DNA of 32,000 bases from Clostridia bacterium. GTDB taxonomy: Bacteria; Bacillota; Clostridia; Oscillospirales; Acutalibacteraceae. The stretch spans positions 28,888 through 60,887 of the forward strand of contig JAFQJH010000010.1 of NCBI GenBank assembly GCA_017415025.1. The letters run 5' to 3'. A program made the position numbers and the translations under genes. Each line of letters opens with the position of its first letter. Position 1 is the stretch's first letter. Below the pieces are notes generated by a model. It had not been told where the DNA came from and ran no database searches. It saw only the letters and a list, made by a program, of their open reading frames with translations. Positions 16,828 through 23,687 of this stretch are shown here, piece by piece.

Positions 16828-16842
16828 TTGAGGAATATTACG

Positions 16843-18930
16843 ATGGGAAATAAAATTATAGATACTTTTTGGGATGAATCTCCCATTGATGTAACACAAG
16901 AAGCAAATTTTATATGGTCAATTGCGAATAAATTGCGCGGTTCTTATATGCCCGATAAATACGGTGATGTGATTATTCCTATGACCATTATCCGCAGATT
17001 CGAATGTGCACTTGCAGATAAGAAAGATATTGTTAGAGCAACATTTGAAAAAGATCCAAAACACCCGCCAAAAGCTCTTTGTCGTTTGTCTGGTTATCAG
17101 TTTTATAATACGAGTGGTTATGACTTGGCAGAACTTTGTAATGATGCCGACAATATTGCTGAAAACTTTAAATCTTATATCAATAGATTTTCTTCAAATG
17201 TTCAGGATATTTTAAACGAGCTCGAAATCAATACTCATATCGATAAAATGGACAAGGATGGCTGTCTTTACTCCGTTGTAAAGGCATTCTCTGAACTTGA
17301 TTTGAGCCTTGAAACATTCGACAGCATTAAGATGGGGTATATTTTCGAGAATCTCATCGGACGTTTCTTCCAGAATGTTGATGCCGGACAGTTTTACACA
17401 GGTAGAGATATTATAAAACTTTTAGTTGAAATTCTTATGTCAGAAGGCTGTGACGATATTTTTGATAATGGTAAGGTTATCACCGTATGTGACCAGGCTT
17501 GTGGTACCGGCGGTATGCTTTCTACTGCCTATAATTATATTAAGCATTATAATCCCACTGCAGACGTTAGATTGTTTGGTCAGGAATATATGGGTGTATC
17601 TTATGCAGTCGGACTTGCAGAAATGTTGATTAAAAATCAAAATTCCGAGAATTTCAGACACACAGATACCTTCAAAGAAGACTGTTTTGAGAATATTAAA
17701 ATGCGATTCGTGATTGAAAATCCACCTTTTGGTACTCCTTGGTCTAGCAAAGATGCAAAAGTTGGGCAGGAAGATGCTGTTCGTGCAGAATATGCCAAAG
17801 GCGAAACGGGTCGTTGGGGACATGGATTACCTGACGGTGGTGATTCACAGCTTATCTTTATGCAGTCTGCCATTGATAAAATGGATGAAAAACTCGGTAG
17901 AGCTGCAATAATCGAAAACAGTTCTTCTCTTATGTCAAGTAAAGCATCTGCTGGAGAAAGTCAGATTCGCCGTTGGATGCTTGAAAGCGATTTGATCGAG
18001 GCAATCATTGCGCTTCCCGTAGACTTGTTCTACAACACAGGTATTCAAACTTATGTGTGGATTCTTTCAAAGAATAAACGTGCTGAACGAAAAGGTAAAG
18101 TTCAGCTTATCAATGCGGCAGCTTTTTATCATAAACTTCGCAAAGCAGTTGGCGATAAGAAAAATGAAATTTCTCCTGAAGACAGGAAGAAGATTGCTCA
18201 CCTTTATGCTGATTTTAAAGAAGGTGAATTCTGTAAAATTTATCGTAACGAAGAGTTTATGTATCGTGAATATACAGTTATGCAACCTCTCCAGCGCAGC
18301 TATGCTATTACAGAAGAACGAATTGAAGCTATGCTTTTAAATGGCATACTTAATAATCTTTATGATGAAGCAAAAGTTCGTGAATATGAAAATCAAGGCG
18401 TTGCCATTTCTGATGCTGACAAGAAGAAGTTCGATAAACTTCTTGCAGGTAAACCTACGTTTGATTTAATTGTTTCAAGACTTAAAGATAATATTTCTGA
18501 TAAAGTGTTCCTTTCTCCTAAGCCGTTTCTTGATTATCTTTCAACAATTTTAGATGTTGATAAAAAGTTGATTGAAAAAGTTGCAAATGGTCTTTCAGTG
18601 ATGGACAAGTCCGCAGAAATTCAAAGAGATAAAAAAGGTAATATAATCTACGATAAAACAACAGCTGAAACAGAAGTTGTAAAAATTGAAGAAGATATTG
18701 ATGATTATATGGCTCGTGAGGTATTGCCACATGTTCCTGATGCAGTTGCTTTCTTTGAAGAAGTAATTACAGAGAAAAAGACAGTTATCAAAACCGGTGC
18801 AGATATTGCGTTTACACGTTATTTTTATCAGTATCAAAAACCTGAAGATAGTGATGTGCTTGCAAGAAAGTTTATTGATATTGAAAACAATGTTAGTAAG
18901 AGAATATCAAAACTATTTATGGAGAATTAA
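16843..18930 (+). CDS. hsdM: Type I restriction-modification system, DNA methyltransferase subunit
   Basis: N-terminal HsdM-N pattern (ANFIWSIANKLRGSYMPDKYGDVIIPMTIIRRFE), motif I DQACGTGGML and motif IV ENPPFG. The ATG at 16843 lies 8 nt after GAGGA; the track TTG at 16828 is less likely. Confidence 0.9.
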   Translation: MGNKIIDTFWDESPIDVTQEANFIWSIANKLRGSYMPDKYGDVIIPMTIIRRFECALADKKDIVRATFEKDPKHPPKALCRLSGYQFYNTSGYDLAELCNDADNIAENFKSYINRFSSNVQDILNELEINTHIDKMDKDGCLYSVVKAFSELDLSLETFDSIKMGYIFENLIGRFFQNVDAGQFYTGRDIIKLLVEILMSEGCDDIFDNGKVITVCDQACGTGGMLSTAYNYIKHYNPTADVRLFGQEYMGVSYAVGLAEMLIKNQNSENFRHTDTFKEDCFENIKMRFVIENPPFGTPWSSKDAKVGQEDAVRAEYAKGETGRWGHGLPDGGDSQLIFMQSAIDKMDEKLGRAAIIENSSSLMSSKASAGESQIRRWMLESDLIEAIIALPVDLFYNTGIQTYVWILSKNKRAERKGKVQLINAAAFYHKLRKAVGDKKNEISPEDRKKIAHLYADFKEGEFCKIYRNEEFMYREYTVMQPLQRSYAITEERIEAMLLNGILNNLYDEAKVREYENQGVAISDADKKKFDKLLAGKPTFDLIVSRLKDNISDKVFLSPKPFLDYLSTILDVDKKLIEKVANGLSVMDKSAEIQRDKKGNIIYDKTTAETEVVKIEEDIDDYMAREVLPHVPDAVAFFEEVITEKKTVIKTGADIAFTRYFYQYQKPEDSDVLARKFIDIENNVSKRISKLFMEN

Positions 18931-18931
18931 T

Positions 18932-19759
18932 ATGACTGAAGAAATGATTAAAGCTTTTGGTGAATTTCAAGTTGAAAAAGGTATTTATGAACAAATAAAT
19001 GGAATAAAAATTGAAGATTTTAAAGCATTGACATCTAACCAAGCTTTAAAAACAATAGATCTATATTGTCCATTATGTAAAGAAAACAAAACATTCATTT
19101 ACTCGAAATCGGAATATATTAATGGATTAGGACAGCTTCCTTATCCCAGTGAAGATGGTTTTGGAACTGCATACACAGGTGCGATACGATTTTTAAATTA
19201 CGAATGTCCCTCTTGTGGTAAAAAACTTGTTTACGGATTTTATCATAATGGTAAAGCCAGTGTTACTAAAATAACGCAATATCCCTCCCTTTTTGATGTA
19301 AGTAGAGACGAACTAAAAAAATACCAGAAAAATGATTTGATTGACAAAGTAAGTTTTTCTCAGCTATACAAAGCAGAAACTTGTGCCAGTTCAGGGTATT
19401 ATGTAGCTGCTTATACTTATATGCGTAGAGTTTATGAAACAATGCTGTTATCTGTTTTTAAACAATACGAACAAGAAATAGGTATAACAGAAGATAATTT
19501 CCGAAAACTGCGGTCTGATGAAAAACTTAAATCAATTAAAAACTATTTAGCAATTGACGATGAAATTTATATTCCACTGTATGGTTTGTTAAGTGCTGGG
19601 ATTCACGCAATGACAGAAGAACAGTGTTGTGAAGATTATACTGTTTTAAAACCGATACTGTTAGAGATCTTGGCTGAACAAAAAGCAAAGAAAGAAAAAG
19701 CAGCCAAAAGAAAAGAACTTAAAGAATTATTTGCTAAAAGAAAAGGCGAAATGAAATGA
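18932..19759 (+). CDS. Zinc-ribbon protein with a DUF4145-like helical C-terminal half, inserted between hsdM and hsdS
   Basis: The ATG at 18932 lies 1 nt after the hsdM stop. Two CxxC pairs are present (CPLC at aa 46-49, CPSC at aa 92-95). YYVAAYTYMRRVYETML...LYGLLSAGIHAMTEE resembles DUF4145 (from memory). It has a Lys-rich tail. The track start at 18797 lies inside hsdM. Confidence 0.5.
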   Translation: MTEEMIKAFGEFQVEKGIYEQINGIKIEDFKALTSNQALKTIDLYCPLCKENKTFIYSKSEYINGLGQLPYPSEDGFGTAYTGAIRFLNYECPSCGKKLVYGFYHNGKASVTKITQYPSLFDVSRDELKKYQKNDLIDKVSFSQLYKAETCASSGYYVAAYTYMRRVYETMLLSVFKQYEQEIGITEDNFRKLRSDEKLKSIKNYLAIDDEIYIPLYGLLSAGIHAMTEEQCCEDYTVLKPILLEILAEQKAKKEKAAKRKELKELFAKRKGEMK

Positions 19760-21018
19760 GAGAAATGAAAGATAGTGGAATAGCTTGGGTGGGAACAATC
19801 CCGTCGCATTGGTTAAGTAAACCCATAGGGGCGCTTTTTCAGGAAATTAGAACAAAAAATTATTTGGGCAAAGAAAAACAAGCCTTGCAATTTAGAATGG
19901 GCTCAATTGTGCCTAAAGATAATTTTGATACAGATGTTGAAGATTATGTTGCCAATACAATAACCAATTATACTTTGGTTGACTATGGTACAATAATGAT
20001 TAATGGTTTGAATCTTAATTTCGATTTTGTTACACAAAGAGTTGCATTGGTTAAAGATAAAGGCGCAATTACGTCCGCTTATATGGCTATAAAAGCCAAG
20101 GATAATAACGAAATATTGCCTGAGTATAGTACATACCTTTTAAAAACATACGACAACTGTAAAGCATTCCACAATATGGGCGGCGGAGTCAGAAAAATAC
20201 TTAATTTTGATGAGTTGAGACGTAATTATATTATTTTACCATCAATAGATGAGCAAGAAAAAATAGTTGAATTTCTTGATATAAAGTGTTCTGAAATTGA
20301 TGCCTTGATTGCAGATATCCAAGAGCAAATTGAAACATTGGAGCAATATAAAAGGTCAACTGTTATTGAATCAGTTACTAAAGGTTTGAATCCCAATGTA
20401 CAAATGAAAGATAGCGGAATACAGTGGATAGGTAATATCCCTGTAACGTGGAATTGTGTTCGTGGTAAATATATTTTGAAATATATCTCAAAACCAGTCA
20501 GAGAAGACGATGGTGTAATTACTTGTTTTCGTGATGGTGAAGTAACGTTACGAAGCAAACGTCGTGAAGAAGGATTTACTATGGCTGACAAAGAAATCGG
20601 TTATCAAGGAATTGATGTTGGCGACCTTGTTGTGCACGGAATGGATGGTTTTGCAGGAGCAATTGGAATATCAGATTCACGAGGAAAAGCCTCTCCTGTA
20701 TTAAATGTTTTAGAAACAAAGCAAAACAAAAGATACATTATGTATTTTCTGCGCAGTATGGCTTATGGAGATGTATTCCTTGCTCTAGCAACTGGAATAC
20801 GAGTTCGTTCATGTGATTTGCGCTGGAACAAATTGGCTGAATTGTTCTATCCTATTCCTTCTCTTGGAGAACAAACTGAAATAGTTGAATATATCGACAG
20901 CGTTATCAAAGAAACAAATGTAATTATAGCTAATAAAAAAGAACAGATTGCAACCCTTGAGTCATACAAAAAATCAATTATTTTTGAGTATGTAACGGGC
21001 AAGAAAGAGGTTGAATAA
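19756..21018 (+). CDS. hsdS: Type I R-M specificity subunit (two target-recognition domains)
   Basis: The ATGA overlap with the upstream stop indicates coupling. Repeated conserved helices are LIADIQEQIETLEQYKRSTVIESVTKG and IIANKKEQIATLESYKKSIIFEYVTGK. Each TRD starts with KDSGI.W.G.IP..W. Confidence 0.85.
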   Translation: MREMKDSGIAWVGTIPSHWLSKPIGALFQEIRTKNYLGKEKQALQFRMGSIVPKDNFDTDVEDYVANTITNYTLVDYGTIMINGLNLNFDFVTQRVALVKDKGAITSAYMAIKAKDNNEILPEYSTYLLKTYDNCKAFHNMGGGVRKILNFDELRRNYIILPSIDEQEKIVEFLDIKCSEIDALIADIQEQIETLEQYKRSTVIESVTKGLNPNVQMKDSGIQWIGNIPVTWNCVRGKYILKYISKPVREDDGVITCFRDGEVTLRSKRREEGFTMADKEIGYQGIDVGDLVVHGMDGFAGAIGISDSRGKASPVLNVLETKQNKRYIMYFLRSMAYGDVFLALATGIRVRSCDLRWNKLAELFYPIPSLGEQTEIVEYIDSVIKETNVIIANKKEQIATLESYKKSIIFEYVTGKKEVE

Positions 21019-22266
21019 ATGATTGATTTTATAGACATATCAAAAGAGGCTACTGATTTATTGTTTGAAATAGTCGAACATGAAGAAGAGGCAAATTATT
21101 GGAAGAGTCGTTTTCAAAATATGAGTAATCGTGAAGACACAATATTACGTGGTTGTTTTAAAGAGTTGAGAGAAAACAATTTGGTTAATGTTTTATGGGC
21201 GGATAATTATCCTTACAATATTGCTATTTTAAAAGATGGGTATCTGTTCGAAGAAAAAACAAGAAAAGAAATTGAAGCAAACCTTAGTACTTTCGAAAAA
21301 GGTTTAAAAGGGTTATTACAACGCACCAAATCAATAAAATCTCCGATTAACGCAGCATCAATTGGCACTAATATTGATGAATATAACAAACCAAGCAATG
21401 TTTGGATTAACGACTTTGAAATCTTTTATAACAAGTACTTGAGAGACCATTTCTTATCTAAAAGAATTGAATCTATTCTTTTTCATAGAACGCTTAGTGC
21501 ATATAATGACTTAGTTGCAATTCTTGAAAGTATTAGTAAGGATACAGATTATATTAATAGCAAGAAAACAACATTTATTACTGAGGGTAAAGCTATGAAA
21601 GATTACGAGATTCTTTTAAAAAAATTAATTTCAAAAGCTAACAAAGATGATTTAAATATTCTTTGCTATACAATCGAATCCGGTGAACGTCCATTATTTG
21701 GTAAACTTGAAATGGATGGTTACATTAAAAACGTGCACTTTAGAGGTCACCAATATGTAGGACTTGATCTTACATATGAAGGTTTGCATTATTTTGATAA
21801 AAAAAGCGATGCTGTTCCCGAAAAAACAGACCCCAAACCAAGAAAAATGTATGATGTGTTTTTATCACACGCAAGTGCAGATAAGATAGCATATGTAGAA
21901 GATCTCAAAAAGTCTTTGGAAATTTTAGGTATAGAAATTTTTTATGACAAGGACACAATTGAGTGGGGAGATAATTGGAAAGCTAAAATATATGAAGGTT
22001 TGGAGAAATCTGAATTTGCAATTATCGTAATTTCTGAAAACTTTTTTGGAAGAGAATGGACTGAACTTGAACTTAAAACCTTGCTCGAACGACAGAATGA
22101 TGAAGGGCAAAAGTTAATTCTTCCTATTTTGCATAATATAACAACTGAGCAATTAAGGGATAAATATCCTACGGTTGCCGATATTCAAGCAATTGAATCT
22201 GGCAAGAATTCAACCGAACAAATAGTTTTATTATTTGCAAAACAATTAATAAAAAGATACAAATAA
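21019..22266 (+). CDS. TIR-domain protein with an N-terminal ~270-aa domain carrying two wHTH-like repeats
   Basis: The ATG directly abuts the hsdS TAA. The C-terminal TIR (aa ~277-395, nt ~21847-22203) reads MYDVFLSHASADKIAYVEDLKKSLEILGIEIFYDKDTIEWGD...FAIIVISENFFGREWTELELKTLL, with the conserved W-x-E glutamate. Confidence 0.8.
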   Translation: MIDFIDISKEATDLLFEIVEHEEEANYWKSRFQNMSNREDTILRGCFKELRENNLVNVLWADNYPYNIAILKDGYLFEEKTRKEIEANLSTFEKGLKGLLQRTKSIKSPINAASIGTNIDEYNKPSNVWINDFEIFYNKYLRDHFLSKRIESILFHRTLSAYNDLVAILESISKDTDYINSKKTTFITEGKAMKDYEILLKKLISKANKDDLNILCYTIESGERPLFGKLEMDGYIKNVHFRGHQYVGLDLTYEGLHYFDKKSDAVPEKTDPKPRKMYDVFLSHASADKIAYVEDLKKSLEILGIEIFYDKDTIEWGDNWKAKIYEGLEKSEFAIIVISENFFGREWTELELKTLLERQNDEGQKLILPILHNITTEQLRDKYPTVADIQAIESGKNSTEQIVLLFAKQLIKRYK

Positions 22267-22382
22267 AAACATAAGTATGTAGTTAATGCTTTTGATATAT
22301 AGTTTTCTTTATTGTTCTTTTTGTGTCGGATTTATTTGCTTATTACACAGTAATATTATATTCAACTGTAAGGAGGGCTCTT

Positions 22383-23687
22383 ATGAGCCAGGATAAAGTA
22401 AAGACAAAGAATATTGAAAAAATTAAATGGGTAGTACCACTTAGCATATTGTCTTTAAGCTTCATACTGTTAGGTGGATTCTTGCCTGTGTTTTTTAATT
22501 TTTCTAAATTAACCTGTATATTAAAAGTTGCTTTTATTGTTTGCTATATTCTCGGGTTTGTTTTAGTGATTGCACTTACTTATTTTGATAAAAACAATAA
22601 AGAGGAAGAAAGAAACTGTTGGAAAGATAAAGTTTTTTCTACATTTTTATATGTTGTTTATACTCTTAGCTTCTTAATGTTTTTCAACCATGAATTGTGG
22701 GGATATAAAGAAACAGTTTACGGTTTACTATTTCTAGTTGTCTTGTTTTTAGAAATCTATATAAGTTTAAAAATAATTTTAGGTAAAAAACTTAATTTAG
22801 AAAAAACACCAATGGTTTTAATATCTACTGCTGTTTTAACCTTTCTTTTAGCAGCAGTTAATCATACTGCAAATAACCTAATACCAGCCAACTTGCTTTA
22901 TAAGATAAGTATAGGGATTACTTATTTAGTAGCAATAGCATTATTTATAAATAGCTATCTTTTCAAAAAAAGAGATGATAATAAAACAATTAACACTATT
23001 ATTGGAATAGTTTTTTGGGGTTCATTGATACTTGTCACATTTCCTTATTATGTACAGTGGTGTGGTTTAAAAGAAGATGATTTTCAGACATTTGTTACCG
23101 TATATGCAGCTTTGATTGGCGGTGGTATAACTCTTGCTGGCGTTGCCTGGACAATAAAAGATAGTAACGACAAGAGAAAAGCGGATTTAGAACGCATTGA
23201 AATGGAACGTAAAGAAGATGACAGACGAAAACATAGACCAATTATGCATGTATACGCAGGTCCGTATTCCGGCCTAAAAACAGACATAAATGTTATGAAA
23301 TGGCTAAAAAACACTGAACAGATTTCCAAAGAAGCAACAGAAAAATTAAAGGTACCCAATAAAATACGCAGTTGTTATTTTGGCAATACAGAATTCTCAA
23401 ATGTTTATGTTTGGGGCATAAAACTTAATGGTAATATTACAAACTTTGATTCCATTAGATACATAAAAAAAGATAGTTATTTTTACTTGGATTTTTCTGA
23501 TAAACCTATATACACAGAAAAAACTATTGAAACAATTTCTCTAATTATTGAGGATGTTTTGGAAAATTTATATGAGTTACCATTAGATTTTGCATATAGC
23601 AAGGAGTTTGAATGGTTTACAATTGTAGGTAATAATCCGAGTTTTTATATTGGTAAAGTAGATAAGGGGAATATTATTTATGAATAA
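22383..23687 (+). CDS. Polytopic membrane protein (about 8 TM helices) with a ~170-aa soluble C-terminal domain
   Basis: AAGGAGG lies 6 nt before the ATG at 22383. Eight hydrophobic segments fall between aa ~16 and ~258, then a charged linker KRKADLERIEMERKEDDRRKHRP and a mixed beta-looking domain. The last 8 nt overlap the hsdR start. Confidence 0.6.
   Translation: MSQDKVKTKNIEKIKWVVPLSILSLSFILLGGFLPVFFNFSKLTCILKVAFIVCYILGFVLVIALTYFDKNNKEEERNCWKDKVFSTFLYVVYTLSFLMFFNHELWGYKETVYGLLFLVVLFLEIYISLKIILGKKLNLEKTPMVLISTAVLTFLLAAVNHTANNLIPANLLYKISIGITYLVAIALFINSYLFKKRDDNKTINTIIGIVFWGSLILVTFPYYVQWCGLKEDDFQTFVTVYAALIGGGITLAGVAWTIKDSNDKRKADLERIEMERKEDDRRKHRPIMHVYAGPYSGLKTDINVMKWLKNTEQISKEATEKLKVPNKIRSCYFGNTEFSNVYVWGIKLNGNITNFDSIRYIKKDSYFYLDFSDKPIYTEKTIETISLIIEDVLENLYELPLDFAYSKEFEWFTIVGNNPSFYIGKVDKGNIIYE

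Noticed and set aside
18797-18931. Upstream extension of the zinc-ribbon ORF, and the 22323 start of the membrane protein
   Set aside because: The 18797 start lies inside hsdM in another frame and has no RBS. The ATG at 18932 follows the hsdM stop. Likewise 22383 has an AAGGAGG RBS whereas 22323 has none.
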